The notes below the pieces were generated by a model, which saw only the letters and a program-made list of their open reading frames with translations, had not been told where the DNA came from and did not search any database. Both the position numbers and the translations under genes were made by a program. Source: Bacteroidaceae bacterium (GTDB lineage: Bacteria; Bacteroidota; Bacteroidia; Bacteroidales; Bacteroidaceae). Taken from it: a stretch of DNA of 64,000 nucleotides. Of this stretch, positions 17,038-27,228 are shown piece by piece. Each line of letters starts with the position of its first letter. The first letter of the stretch is position 1. The DNA is taken from contig JAZKYH010000022.1 of NCBI GenBank assembly GCA_045612065.1, positions 7,615 to 71,614 on the forward strand, written 5' to 3'.

Positions 17038-18564
17038 ATGAAACGATATCTCTACAGCCTACTATTTATACTTCTAACCTACACTCCCCTCCACTCACAA
17101 GAGACTATTAGCGTTTGCGAAATGGAAAAAATCAGATATGATGTTCAAACGGATATTGTTACTTCTATTGGTAAACATGCCCCCTTTTGGATTGTAAGCA
17201 ATCGTCATGGACTCTCTTCCCTTGACAATAACAATGCTAATCTCACTCTCGGAATCTTCCGCGATTTTGACAAGAAACGCGGTTTTTCTTGGGCATATGG
17301 TGCGGAACTTGCTGGAGCATATAATTACTCAGCACCTTTCTACATACAACAACTCTATGCTGACATAAAGTATAACTGTTGGGAGTTGAGTATGGGTAGT
17401 AAAGAACGATGGTCTGAGGGGAAACACCGGACCTTGAGCGGTGGAGGACTCACTTTTGCCCCTAACGCACGCCCCATACCGCAAGTACGATTGGGTATTA
17501 CAGAATACACCATTGTGCCTTGGCTATTCAATGAGTGGGTTCAAGTAAAGGGACATTTTAGTTATGGCAAGTATTCTGATAAGAAATTCCAAATTTCTTA
17601 TTTGGCTGATGCACCAAACGGCACACACTATACTTACGACATTCTATTTCATGAGAAAACAGCCTTCCTAAAGATAGGTAACGAAACTAAAGGGCCTTTC
17701 TCCGCAGAAATAGGTTTAGAAATGTACTCACAGTTTGGAGGGACATTCATGATAAGACGGAAAGATCAAGGCGACTCCATCAGATACAATCTTCCGCACA
17801 CTTACAAAGAATACTACATGGCATTTTTCCCTCAACAAGGAGGTAGCAATGCCCCAGCTTCAGATCAACAAAATGTGAATGGGAATATATTCGGAAGTTG
17901 GCATCTCGCGGCAAACTACCAATTAAAAGGCTGGGGCATAAGACTCTATTACGAACATTTCTACGAGGATCACTCTGGGCTATTAGGATACCACAAGACC
18001 AGAGAAGTAAAGGCCATATCATACCTACCTTGGTATGATGGTCTTTATGCATGCGAAATTACAATCCCTGAGAATTGCATTATCAACACTTTCGTATATG
18101 AGTTCATAACCTCACGAACACAGAGCGGGCCGATTGTTAAATATGGAAATGATCCAATAGTAGGCAAGGACAACTATTACAATAACAGCGTATACCAATC
18201 GTGGCGTCACTGGGGAATGGCAGTATGCAATCCTCACCACCTATCTCCTGTATACTCTGATATTCCCACACAGAATATGCTCTACACGCGCATACGTTCA
18301 CACCATATTGGATTTAATGGCTCTCCGACCAAACAATTAGGCTATCGTTTTCTGGGGTCATGGACCAAACATTGGGGTTCATGGGACGATCCACTACCCA
18401 CTCCATTAACTCAACTAAGTTTGATGAGTGAACTCAGTTATACCCCTTCCCAATGGAAAGGATGGCAGTTCACAGGAACCTTAGCCCTTGACCGAAGCCA
18501 ACTTATTGGGAATAACATCGGATTGATGTTCAATATACGTAAACAAGGATTCATTAAACAATAA
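17038..18564 (+). CDS. putative outer-membrane protein, capsule-assembly Wzi-like
   Basis: 508 aa with a signal peptide. ...HAPFWIVSNRHGLSSLDNNNANL... resembles Bacteroidales proteins annotated as the Wzi family (recollection). Aromatic-rich, beta-barrel-like composition. Confidence 0.5.
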   Translation: MKRYLYSLLFILLTYTPLHSQETISVCEMEKIRYDVQTDIVTSIGKHAPFWIVSNRHGLSSLDNNNANLTLGIFRDFDKKRGFSWAYGAELAGAYNYSAPFYIQQLYADIKYNCWELSMGSKERWSEGKHRTLSGGGLTFAPNARPIPQVRLGITEYTIVPWLFNEWVQVKGHFSYGKYSDKKFQISYLADAPNGTHYTYDILFHEKTAFLKIGNETKGPFSAEIGLEMYSQFGGTFMIRRKDQGDSIRYNLPHTYKEYYMAFFPQQGGSNAPASDQQNVNGNIFGSWHLAANYQLKGWGIRLYYEHFYEDHSGLLGYHKTREVKAISYLPWYDGLYACEITIPENCIINTFVYEFITSRTQSGPIVKYGNDPIVGKDNYYNNSVYQSWRHWGMAVCNPHHLSPVYSDIPTQNMLYTRIRSHHIGFNGSPTKQLGYRFLGSWTKHWGSWDDPLPTPLTQLSLMSELSYTPSQWKGWQFTGTLALDRSQLIGNNIGLMFNIRKQGFIKQ

Positions 18565-18576
18565 TTAAACGCTGTC

Positions 18577-19029
18577 ATGCCAAGACTTATCAACAACATA
18601 CTAACGCTTACTCTCATCGCTTCACTCATTTCATGTGAGAACTACCTGATTAATGGACAGTTGGATGGAATATGGCAATTGCAGACTATAGAGCGTAACA
18701 ACCCAGACACGATTATCAGAAATCAAGGAGACCTATTCTATTCTATCCAACGTCACACTATACTAGTCGGAGACTATAACAACCCGAGTGAACTTGTCGG
18801 ACAATTGAAAAGTGAGCAATATGATTGCTTGTTCGAACGCATTGGAGATTCTATCAAGATGGACGAATTCCAACTCTACTATCAAAGAGAAAACGAGCCC
18901 TACGATACTACTCGATTGAAAAGATTTGGCCTATACGAAAAGAAGAACACCTTCTTGATTGAAGAACTTACAATAAAACGCCTGGTACTCCGTTCTGATA
19001 GTGCATTGCTTACCATGCGTAGATACTGA
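18577..19029 (+). CDS. small lipoprotein, lipocalin-like domain
   Basis: 150 aa. Lipobox ...ASLISC followed by ...LDGIWQLQTIE..., typical of lipocalin-like (YceI/DUF-type) lipoproteins. Confidence 0.55.
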   Translation: MPRLINNILTLTLIASLISCENYLINGQLDGIWQLQTIERNNPDTIIRNQGDLFYSIQRHTILVGDYNNPSELVGQLKSEQYDCLFERIGDSIKMDEFQLYYQRENEPYDTTRLKRFGLYEKKNTFLIEELTIKRLVLRSDSALLTMRRY

Positions 19030-19043
19030 TATCACCAACATTC

Positions 19044-20243
19044 ATGAAAATACTATTTCTCACAGATAACTTTCCACCTGAGGTGAATGCACCTGCTACC
19101 CGAACCTATGAGCATTGTTCCGAATGGGTAAAAGCAGGACATGAGGTAACGATAATCACCTGCTTCCCGAACTACCCGACAGGAAAGGTATACCAAGGCT
19201 ATAAGAATTCATTCTTCGGTAAAACCGAGTCGATGAATGGCATTAAGGTTATCCGCGTATGGAGCTACATGACAGCAAATAAAGGATTCGCAAAGCGCAT
19301 TCTTGACTTTATCAGCTTCTCCGTAACCTCTTTCTTCGCAGGACTTTTTCAATCATGCGACATCATCGTAGCTACATCTCCACAATTCTTCACAGCCTTA
19401 TCAGGCAGAACACTCCATTGGTTTAAACGTAAGCCCTGGATAATGGAAGTACGTGACTTGTGGCCCGACTCCATCAAAGCTGTGGGAGCGATGAAAGGCA
19501 ATTTCGTACTTGACTATTTTTCTAAAGAAGAGAAATGGTGCTATAAGTCAGCCGAAAAGATAGTGGTGGTCACCAACTCTTTCAAAAAAGATATCATAGC
19601 AAAGGGTATCCCCTCAGACAAAATTCATATCATCAAAAATGGAGCCAATACGGAGTTATTCAAACCAAGAAAGAAATCGCAAAAATTGCTTGAACGCTAT
19701 AATTTGACGGGAAAGAGAGTACTTGGATACATTGGAACATTAGGTATGGCGCACAAAATCGATTTCTTAATTGATTGTATCAAAGGCTCAAGTGAGTATG
19801 CCCTCATGATTCTCGGCAATGGAGCTGAAAGAGAAAATATAGAGAAGAAAATTCAAAAAGAAGAGATATCCAATGTCGTATTACTTGACCCCGTACCCAA
19901 ACATGAAGTAGCCGATTATATCGCTTTACAAGATGCTGCCCTTATCAACCTCCGAAAGAGTGACCTATTCAAGACCGTCATTCCTTCAAAAATATTCGAA
20001 ACCGCGGCTATGCGCATTCCTATTCTTCTTGGAGTAGATGGGGAAGCACGAGAGATGATTGAGGGATTTGGAGCAGGCGTCTATTACGAACCTGAGAATA
20101 TAGGTGATTTCAAGGAAAAGCTCGATTATCTATTCTCTTCAGAAGAAATTTATCTATCGTGTCAAAATGGTGGTGAACAATTGGCCAAGGCATACGACCG
20201 TAAACGATTAGCTGCAGAAATGCTTGAAATCATTCAAAGATAA
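19044..20243 (+). CDS. glycosyltransferase family 4 (WbuB-like)
   Basis: 399 aa. MKILFLTDNFPPEVNAPATRTYEH... N-terminus and a GT-B C-terminal E-x7-E-like region. Confidence 0.85.
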   Translation: MKILFLTDNFPPEVNAPATRTYEHCSEWVKAGHEVTIITCFPNYPTGKVYQGYKNSFFGKTESMNGIKVIRVWSYMTANKGFAKRILDFISFSVTSFFAGLFQSCDIIVATSPQFFTALSGRTLHWFKRKPWIMEVRDLWPDSIKAVGAMKGNFVLDYFSKEEKWCYKSAEKIVVVTNSFKKDIIAKGIPSDKIHIIKNGANTELFKPRKKSQKLLERYNLTGKRVLGYIGTLGMAHKIDFLIDCIKGSSEYALMILGNGAERENIEKKIQKEEISNVVLLDPVPKHEVADYIALQDAALINLRKSDLFKTVIPSKIFETAAMRIPILLGVDGEAREMIEGFGAGVYYEPENIGDFKEKLDYLFSSEEIYLSCQNGGEQLAKAYDRKRLAAEMLEIIQR

Positions 20244-20253
20244 CCATCATCCC

Positions 20254-20285
20254 AGAGAAAAGCATCGTTAACGATGCTTTTCTCT
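20254..20285. terminator. perfect hairpin at the convergence of the GT4 and wecA-like genes
   Basis: AGAGAAAAGCATCG ttaa CGATGCTTTTCTCT. It overlaps the last codons and stop of the minus-strand gene. Confidence 0.65.
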
Positions 20286-21326
20286 TAATATGAAATAAGG
20301 TAACACAATACACAATAGAGCTACAGCCAACACTATTCCCATTAGGATTGTTGACGACGACAGTCCGCATCTATAACACACGAACCATGCTACTACTACA
20401 AGCAAATTAAGAATTATAATAGCAAACGTAGTCATCAAGTGCGACAACCCCTTTCCCACCAAAGCATGGTGAAGGTGAGTTTTATCAGCCTTAAAAGGTG
20501 AACGTCCTCGGTACATACGCATTATCATCACACGTAAGGTATCCAATATCGGGAACGAAAACACGGCAAACACGAATGGGACAAGAGCTACATCTTTATT
20601 TGCACTATACGACGTAGAGCTCAACGCGTCAAGCATCATAACACAGAAGATTATACCAAGCAAATAAGAACCGGCATCCCCCATAAACATCTTCTGCTGC
20701 CGACCAAAAACATTATAAACAAAGAATGGTATAAGTGCTCCGACAAGAGCACAAGAAATCAATAAATTGTTGCACCCTCCCTGCATATAAGTCCAAGCCG
20801 AAAGCAACCCCGCAGCTACCATGCTATAACCAGAAGAGAGACCATCAATACCATCAATGAGATTTAATGAATTGATAAGTCCCACACAAGCCACAAGTGT
20901 CAAGGGTAGAGACACCATCATTGGGAGCTCATATATGCCGAGAATCCCATGCAAATCATCAATTCGCAATCCACATACAAAATAAAGCAGTAGCACTGCC
21001 ACTATCTGTACGGCAAACTTTGCATTCGGTTTCAAATCATAGAGGTCATCCACAAAGCCCACACCCACCATTAACGACAAAAGTACAATATAAATCTTGG
21101 GCAAAGAAATGCACATTATAACCGAGACCACATAAAGCGTAATTGCAAATCCTAAAAACACTCCAATACCGCCTAACACAGGTACCGGTGTCCTATTGAG
21201 TTTACGGGCATTAGGATTGTCTACTATACCTTTCTTTAGTGCGAGCTTTACAAGGTATGGATGCACTACACACACAATTCCCAACGAAAGGAATAATGCA
21301 ATCAAACAAGGAAGTAACCCGTTCAT
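20268..21326 (-). CDS. MraY/WecA-family polyprenyl-phosphate N-acetylhexosamine-1-phosphate transferase
   Basis: 352 aa, about 10 TM segments, with ...VGFVDDLYDL... and ...NLIDGIDGL... motifs. Confidence 0.88.
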   Translation of the reverse strand: MNGLLPCLIALFLSLGIVCVVHPYLVKLALKKGIVDNPNARKLNRTPVPVLGGIGVFLGFAITLYVVSVIMCISLPKIYIVLLSLMVGVGFVDDLYDLKPNAKFAVQIVAVLLLYFVCGLRIDDLHGILGIYELPMMVSLPLTLVACVGLINSLNLIDGIDGLSSGYSMVAAGLLSAWTYMQGGCNNLLISCALVGALIPFFVYNVFGRQQKMFMGDAGSYLLGIIFCVMMLDALSSTSYSANKDVALVPFVFAVFSFPILDTLRVMIMRMYRGRSPFKADKTHLHHALVGKGLSHLMTTFAIIILNLLVVVAWFVCYRCGLSSSTILMGIVLAVALLCIVLPYFILREKHR

Positions 21327-21327
21327 C

Positions 21328-22512
21328 TTACACTCCCGCTAAATATCGTACTATGCGTTCACAAGCCTTGCCATCACCATATGGATTCACTGCACGACTC
21401 ATCTGTTCATAGCAGTCTGCATCATCAAGCAAACACGACACCTCATGAACAATTTTATCATAGTCCGTACCAACGAGCTTCACCGTGCCGGCATCTAAAG
21501 CCTCGGGACGTTCAGTCGTGTCGCGCATCACAAGTACTGGTTTCCCCAACCCTGGAGCTTCCTCCTGTATGCCACCACTATCAGTAAGCACAATAGTAGA
21601 TTTCTCCATGAGATACACGAATGAAAGGTACTCCAAAGGTTCGATGAAGAACATATTAGAGGCTATTCCCCACCCCTCTCCCGAGGACAAGGAATCAAGA
21701 CCATCAAAAACCTCTTGAATGGGCTTACGCACATTAGGATTGAGATGCATGGGATATACAAAATCCACATCAGGATATTTATTTACTAAGTCACGGATAG
21801 CCGTACAAATACGAATAAAGCCATCCCCAAAGTTTTCCCTTCTATGACCCGTTATCAACACCAAACGACGCTTACTTTCGCTTAATCTATCCACATCATA
21901 TCCTGCATCAGCAAGAACTTTCTTCAACTCAGCACTGAGAGCCTCATCTTTCTTTATTCTATCAACCACCCAATACAAAGCATCGATTACGGTATTACCA
22001 GTCACCACAATGCTCTGCTCCCTGATCTTTTCCTCTAAAAGATTTTGCCGACTGAGCGGTGTGGGAGAGAAGTTATAAGTAGCAATTCGCCCTGTCATCT
22101 GACGATTCATCTCCTCTGGCCACGGACTATAGATATTATGTGTACGCAAGCCTGCCTCAACATGGCCTACAGGTATCTGCTGATAAAACGCTGCAAGCGC
22201 TGCTGCAGTGCTTGTCGTCGTGTCACCATGCACAAGCACTAAATCGGGATGTGCCTCACGCAACACATCGCGCATACCAAGCAATACACGGGCAGTAACA
22301 TCATAAAGGTCCTGCCCCTGTTTCATTATGTTCAAATCATAATTTGGAGTAATGTCGAAGATATGCAACACTTGGTCCAACATCTCACGATGCTGACCTG
22401 TAACGCACACTATAGTTTCAAACTCTTTAGGATACTGTTCAAAAGCCTTCACCAACGGAGCCATTTTGATAGCCTCAGGGCGAGTGCCAAACACCAACAT
22501 TACCTTCTTCAT
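21328..22512 (-). CDS. wecB: UDP-N-acetylglucosamine 2-epimerase (non-hydrolysing)
   Basis: The ORF opens at 22593 but the conserved N-terminus MKKVMLVFGTRPEAIKMAPL starts at 22512, just after the upstream stop. Also ...LTDSGGIQEEAP...VMRDTTERPE.... Confidence 0.93.
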   Translation of the reverse strand: MKKVMLVFGTRPEAIKMAPLVKAFEQYPKEFETIVCVTGQHREMLDQVLHIFDITPNYDLNIMKQGQDLYDVTARVLLGMRDVLREAHPDLVLVHGDTTTSTAAALAAFYQQIPVGHVEAGLRTHNIYSPWPEEMNRQMTGRIATYNFSPTPLSRQNLLEEKIREQSIVVTGNTVIDALYWVVDRIKKDEALSAELKKVLADAGYDVDRLSESKRRLVLITGHRRENFGDGFIRICTAIRDLVNKYPDVDFVYPMHLNPNVRKPIQEVFDGLDSLSSGEGWGIASNMFFIEPLEYLSFVYLMEKSTIVLTDSGGIQEEAPGLGKPVLVMRDTTERPEALDAGTVKLVGTDYDKIVHEVSCLLDDADCYEQMSRAVNPYGDGKACERIVRYLAGV

Positions 22513-22522
22513 GATACCGTCT

Positions 22523-23728
22523 TTATCTTTTAAATACACCGCAGAAGTCGAGCACTTGCACGTCGGTACGATAGTCCAGCTCTGCAAACTCACGATGATT
22601 TACTAAATAAACGACAATATCAGCTTTTTCGTATGCGGTTCTATAATTTGTCAACTTGAAAACTTTGTGCTCGGTAATATTAGGTTCTACAACCATAACA
22701 TCACCATTACTACATGATTGCAACACACGTGATGCGATTAACTTTGCGGGCGATTCACGCAAGTCATCAATGTTAGGTTTGAAAGCCAATCCCATCATAG
22801 CCACACGAGGAGCACGGTGATTCTTAAGCTCGAACTCCACCATCATACGACGCACCTTCTCGGCACACCATTGTGCCTTGTAGTTGTTTATCTCACGAGC
22901 CTGAGCTATGATACGAGCTTCATTGGGATAGGCAGACGATATAAAATAAGGATCCACGGCTATACAATGTCCACCAACTCCACATCCGGGCTGCAAGATG
23001 TTTACACGTGGATGCTTATTTGCCAAATCAATGAGTTCCCACACATTGATGCCAGCCTTGTCGCAGATGAGCGACAATTCATTTGCGAAAGCAATCTGAA
23101 CATCGCGCGAGGCATTCTCCGTCAGTTTACACATTTCGGCCGTACGACAATTAGTTGCATGCAACTTTCCTTGCACAAACTGCCCATAGAACTCCTTCGC
23201 CTTTTCTGTAGAGGGCTCATCAAGACCACCTATCACTCGATCGTTGTGTACTAACTCATAGATAATATTTCCTGGCAAAACGCGTTCAGGACAATAAGCT
23301 ATATGCAGTTTACCTTTTAGTTCAGGTCGTTCACCGAAAATCAAATCCGCCATTTTCTCAGTTGTACCGATGGGCGAGGTTGATTCTATTACATACAAAT
23401 CACCTTCCTTAAGCAAAGGAAGCACCATACGCGTAGCGGCCTCCACGAAGGAGATATCTGGTTCATGTTCTCCCTTGAAAGGAGTGGGAACTACAATAAA
23501 ATATGCATCAGCTTCTTGAGGTTCTGTATATGCTTTAAAGCTACCCGCTGCGATCACCTCCTGCAGCAAGGCCTCCAGGCCCTCTTCTACGATGTGTAGT
23601 TTTCCCGCATTGGTTGTTGCAACTACCTCAGCATTCACATCAACGCCCAGAACCTCAACACCATATTTTGCAGCTATAATTGCAGTTGGAAGTCCAATGT
23701 ACCCCAACCCCATAAAACATGCTTTCAT
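22523..23728 (-). CDS. wecC: UDP-N-acetyl-D-mannosamine dehydrogenase
   Basis: 401 aa. N-terminal GLGYIGLPTA Rossmann motif and the GCGVGGHCI catalytic Cys region of the UDP-sugar dehydrogenase family. Confidence 0.9.
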   Translation of the reverse strand: MKACFMGLGYIGLPTAIIAAKYGVEVLGVDVNAEVVATTNAGKLHIVEEGLEALLQEVIAAGSFKAYTEPQEADAYFIVVPTPFKGEHEPDISFVEAATRMVLPLLKEGDLYVIESTSPIGTTEKMADLIFGERPELKGKLHIAYCPERVLPGNIIYELVHNDRVIGGLDEPSTEKAKEFYGQFVQGKLHATNCRTAEMCKLTENASRDVQIAFANELSLICDKAGINVWELIDLANKHPRVNILQPGCGVGGHCIAVDPYFISSAYPNEARIIAQAREINNYKAQWCAEKVRRMMVEFELKNHRAPRVAMMGLAFKPNIDDLRESPAKLIASRVLQSCSNGDVMVVEPNITEHKVFKLTNYRTAYEKADIVVYLVNHREFAELDYRTDVQVLDFCGVFKR

Positions 23729-24340
23729 ATAAATATTTTCATTTTAACATAGAGCATACGCTCTTTTATACACAATTGGAACAAAGATACAAACAGCTGA
23801 GCAAATATGCAAAAGACTAGTAAAAAAAAGTCATTCCAACTCTAAACACACTAATTTTTCAAGCATGTACTCATCAAGAAGGCAGAAATCCTCACACCTA
23901 CAACAAGATTTTATGGCAAGCTCGACAAAACCGCGAGGAAGGTGCGACGACAAGTGGAGGCAGGTGAGAGAAAACAAGCAACAAAGTTGCAACGATAACG
24001 AAAGAAGCCTTTGTCTGATCAAAATGTCAGAGCGCTGTGATTTTCGAAAATCCCTTGTTTGATTTTTTTCGAGGACGGCCCTGATTTGAAAAGGGCCTTT
24101 TCGAGGTATAGTAAAATTTAACATTTTGCTACTAATACCACTCTTTTGCTTACAATTTGCAACTACCGACACCCCATGTGTGGGGTATCGGTCGATATTA
24201 CGCTGATTCAATGCTCATTATATCCAAATACCAACACCTCAGCAAAAAAGGGAAAGTCGGTCTTCCTGAATGAATACGTTCGACATAGTCGCTAGCACTC
24301 TCCTCTAAGCAAGAGGGGGAACAAGATGCTATTTTCTCAT

Positions 24341-24898
24341 TCAAACAGGATGCTCTATATATCCCTTTGTCGCATACTCGTTGGGAATAATTGTTCCAGG
24401 ATTCCCAATAACAATAGAATGACTTGGGACATCAAAGTTAACGTAAGCATTGGGAGCTATAAGAACATCCGACCCAATCTTTATACCTCCAACAACTACA
24501 GCGTTTGTTCCAATCCAAACATCGTCACCAATAACAGGAACTCCTTGACGCTTTCCTCTATTTGTCTGTCCGATAGTAACTCCAGTATTGATTGTCAGAT
24601 TTTTCCCTATAATAGTTCTAGGATTAATAATGACTCTTCCAAAATGTCCGATATACATTCCTGGGCCAATAGACGTAACCGTAGGAATCTGAAGATGAGT
24701 CCTTCGAGACAAAATGCGTTTTTTTGACTCCCAAAACAGATACAATAGAAAAAAACATTTCTTATTACGATAATATTGTGCTTTACGAAAAGCCTTTAAA
24801 AAGCGCAATTCCATCGGCAGAAACATTTCTTTGAACAGATTTCTCTTGGTATACCCATAATACCTATAATAATCCAAAGAATACAAACTTTCTTTCAT
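24341..24898 (-). CDS. hexapeptide-repeat O-acetyltransferase (serine acetyltransferase-like)
   Basis: 185 aa with left-handed beta-helix repeats (...IGKNLTINTGVTIGQ...IGDDVWIGTNAVVVGGIKIGSDVLIAPNAYV...). Confidence 0.85.
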   Translation of the reverse strand: MKESLYSLDYYRYYGYTKRNLFKEMFLPMELRFLKAFRKAQYYRNKKCFFLLYLFWESKKRILSRRTHLQIPTVTSIGPGMYIGHFGRVIINPRTIIGKNLTINTGVTIGQTNRGKRQGVPVIGDDVWIGTNAVVVGGIKIGSDVLIAPNAYVNFDVPSHSIVIGNPGTIIPNEYATKGYIEHPV

Positions 24899-24908
24899 TT
24901 CAATACAT

Positions 24909-26129
24909 TTAAGTTTTAATACAGGCTTTTTTATAACTAAAAAAGAGCAAAACGCAATAAATACAAGAGCTCAAAACCGTAGTCAACAACGCCCCCTCAA
25001 TATTCCAAAGCCAAACGAATAGAATGAAACCCAACACTTTAAATACGCCACAAATGTAGCTACAATTACGAATAGCACGACCTTCACCATGAGAACTCAT
25101 AAAATGATTTATCATATCTCCCAATCCATGGATAGAGAACCCTATCGCCATATACGATGCATATACACCTACCATAGCATAAGATTCTGAGAAGAAAAAT
25201 CTAACGACAAAGCGAATAAAAATAACAAAACAGAGACATGACACTAGCGTGACAAGAAGTGTACTTTTAAAAACTTTAGCAGGAATACGGGGTTCATTCA
25301 CAAATTGCTTATAATATGCCGTACCTATAATACTAGGCAAATACGACAACGGAGTTGTCAAAGTCAAGGCTAACGAATAGTACCCAACATTTACATTATC
25401 GTCATTAAATATACCTAACGTAACTCCAGCTAAATAGTTTGTTGCAACCATCGCTAAAGATCCAAGATATAGATGTCTTCCATAAGTCCTGTTCTCAACT
25501 TGCAATTTTTCAAGCACAGACCTTAAGCCCGAAAAAGATGGTCGAGAAGACATAATCAACCCCAATAACACAACACAATACACTCCCCAATGAAGCAAAA
25601 TCATCATAGAAGAAGATGTCCCATAATGAGAATAAATACTATAAGCCAATAACACATAAAGCAAACCTGGCAACACGCGAGATATTGCCAATCTACCGAT
25701 GTGATTATCTCCTTGATTAATTACACTCACATAGCTTGTCAACAATGGTTGACAACAAACAGGGATACTCATAAGTAAGAGATGAGAAATCCCCACACGG
25801 TCATTATGCAAGACGCTAATCATCAAGATTGAAAAAACTTGACACAATACGCCAAGAAGAAGCATTACAGCTAATCCTCCACGAATAGAGCGGCTTTGTT
25901 GTTCCTCGGTCGAAAGAGCGAGCAAACGCCTTCCCGCATAAAAATAGCCCCAGAAAAAAAACCACGACAACAATGTTGCTATGTTTTGCACATAACGTAC
26001 ATCTCCGTAATCTGATTCTGACAAAAAATGAGTATTAACAATGGAGATAACAAAACCCAACAACGAGCCTAAGAGCGTCGATGCATAAAGGTAGATTACC
26101 TGTACATTGTGTTTTGAGAGCGTCACCAT
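24909..26129 (-). CDS. wzx: oligosaccharide flippase (Wzx-type)
   Basis: 406 aa, about 12 TM segments, in a polysaccharide-biosynthesis locus. Confidence 0.7.
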   Translation of the reverse strand: MVTLSKHNVQVIYLYASTLLGSLLGFVISIVNTHFLSESDYGDVRYVQNIATLLSWFFFWGYFYAGRRLLALSTEEQQSRSIRGGLAVMLLLGVLCQVFSILMISVLHNDRVGISHLLLMSIPVCCQPLLTSYVSVINQGDNHIGRLAISRVLPGLLYVLLAYSIYSHYGTSSSMMILLHWGVYCVVLLGLIMSSRPSFSGLRSVLEKLQVENRTYGRHLYLGSLAMVATNYLAGVTLGIFNDDNVNVGYYSLALTLTTPLSYLPSIIGTAYYKQFVNEPRIPAKVFKSTLLVTLVSCLCFVIFIRFVVRFFFSESYAMVGVYASYMAIGFSIHGLGDMINHFMSSHGEGRAIRNCSYICGVFKVLGFILFVWLWNIEGALLTTVLSSCIYCVLLFFSYKKACIKT

Positions 26130-26130
26130 A

Positions 26131-27228
26131 TCAAGCCCCTTTCCAGATAGACATCAGTTGATCCCAAACCGAAGATATAGAGTACATTCTATTCACACGC
26201 TCCTTACCAAGTTGAGCATACTCGTCTTTCTTCTTATCATCCTCCATAAGGTTTTCCACAGCAGTGACAATGGCCTCTACGCTACGAGGTTCGATCAAAG
26301 CCCCACAAGAGCCATTATCCAGCATTTCCGGTATGCCCCCTACCCGACTGGCAATAACAGGTGTTCCGCAGGCCATCGCTTCGAGTATCACATTGGGGAA
26401 ACCTTCAATATAGGATGGAGCAATAAGAACATCTGCAGACAATATCTCTTGGATGGTATCTTCGCGACTAAGCCCACCTGTCATCTCGAGCCAGTCGCCC
26501 TGACGCTGCGAAGCCATGGCCAACAAACGCTGCCTAACATCATCCTCGGCATAACCGACCATACGTAGACGAACATCTGACATACGGGCACATGCCTCCA
26601 CCAGTTCGTAAACACCCTTAATATCCACAATATGCCCGACAAAGAGAAGACGTCCTTTGACACGTTCAGGCAAAGGATGACAGGATGCTATGGCCTGGCT
26701 CACAAAAGAGGACAACGGATTGGGAAGATTCACTGCCGTAGCGATATGCCACTCCCCCAATGCGTCAAATGAGAATGCATCCATCACAATAGGCACATCA
26801 ACCACTCTCAGCACACGTCGCAACAGACGACTCTCCCAGTTCTTACGGGACACGATCTCGCGCACCCGGCCATTGTGGAAATGCAGGAAGGTCTTCACCC
26901 CCTTGCGGTGTGCGTAACCTAAGATAAGCCAATCTTTAATTAAACTCAAAGAGGCCGTGCTACATAAATGAATCGCATCATAAGCCCCGGCATCGATCTG
27001 CTTACGCACCTTGCGAACCAACTGCACGTATTCCACGATACCTGTCCACAGGCGAACCAACATGTTGACACCACGAACATAGGTCTTACGATCCAAGGCA
27101 AAGACTTCGAGGTCTATATCTGAGTCCACACTCTGATAGTGAGCAACGATGGCTTTTGCCCAAACCGAGATACCACCGATATTATCCTTCGTTATATCTC
27201 CATAGGGAGTACAAAATAGCACCTTCAT
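26131..27228 (-). CDS. glycosyltransferase family 4 (GT-B)
   Basis: 365 aa. ...EGFPNVILEAMACGTPVIASRVGGIPEML... E-x7-E motif. Confidence 0.88.
   Translation of the reverse strand: MKVLFCTPYGDITKDNIGGISVWAKAIVAHYQSVDSDIDLEVFALDRKTYVRGVNMLVRLWTGIVEYVQLVRKVRKQIDAGAYDAIHLCSTASLSLIKDWLILGYAHRKGVKTFLHFHNGRVREIVSRKNWESRLLRRVLRVVDVPIVMDAFSFDALGEWHIATAVNLPNPLSSFVSQAIASCHPLPERVKGRLLFVGHIVDIKGVYELVEACARMSDVRLRMVGYAEDDVRQRLLAMASQRQGDWLEMTGGLSREDTIQEILSADVLIAPSYIEGFPNVILEAMACGTPVIASRVGGIPEMLDNGSCGALIEPRSVEAIVTAVENLMEDDKKKDEYAQLGKERVNRMYSISSVWDQLMSIWKGA

Noticed and set aside
23831-24211. 126 aa ORF in the gap of the polysaccharide locus.
   Set aside because: It has no recognisable motif and an odd composition, and it spans hairpins and repeat-like sequence. 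I treated the region as non-coding regulatory DNA.
24274-24283. ATACGTTCGA, resembling the ARACGTWCGT inverted-repeat core of Bacteroides invertible promoters.
   Set aside because: It matches 8/10 positions only, and I found no inverted partner within the gap or nearby.
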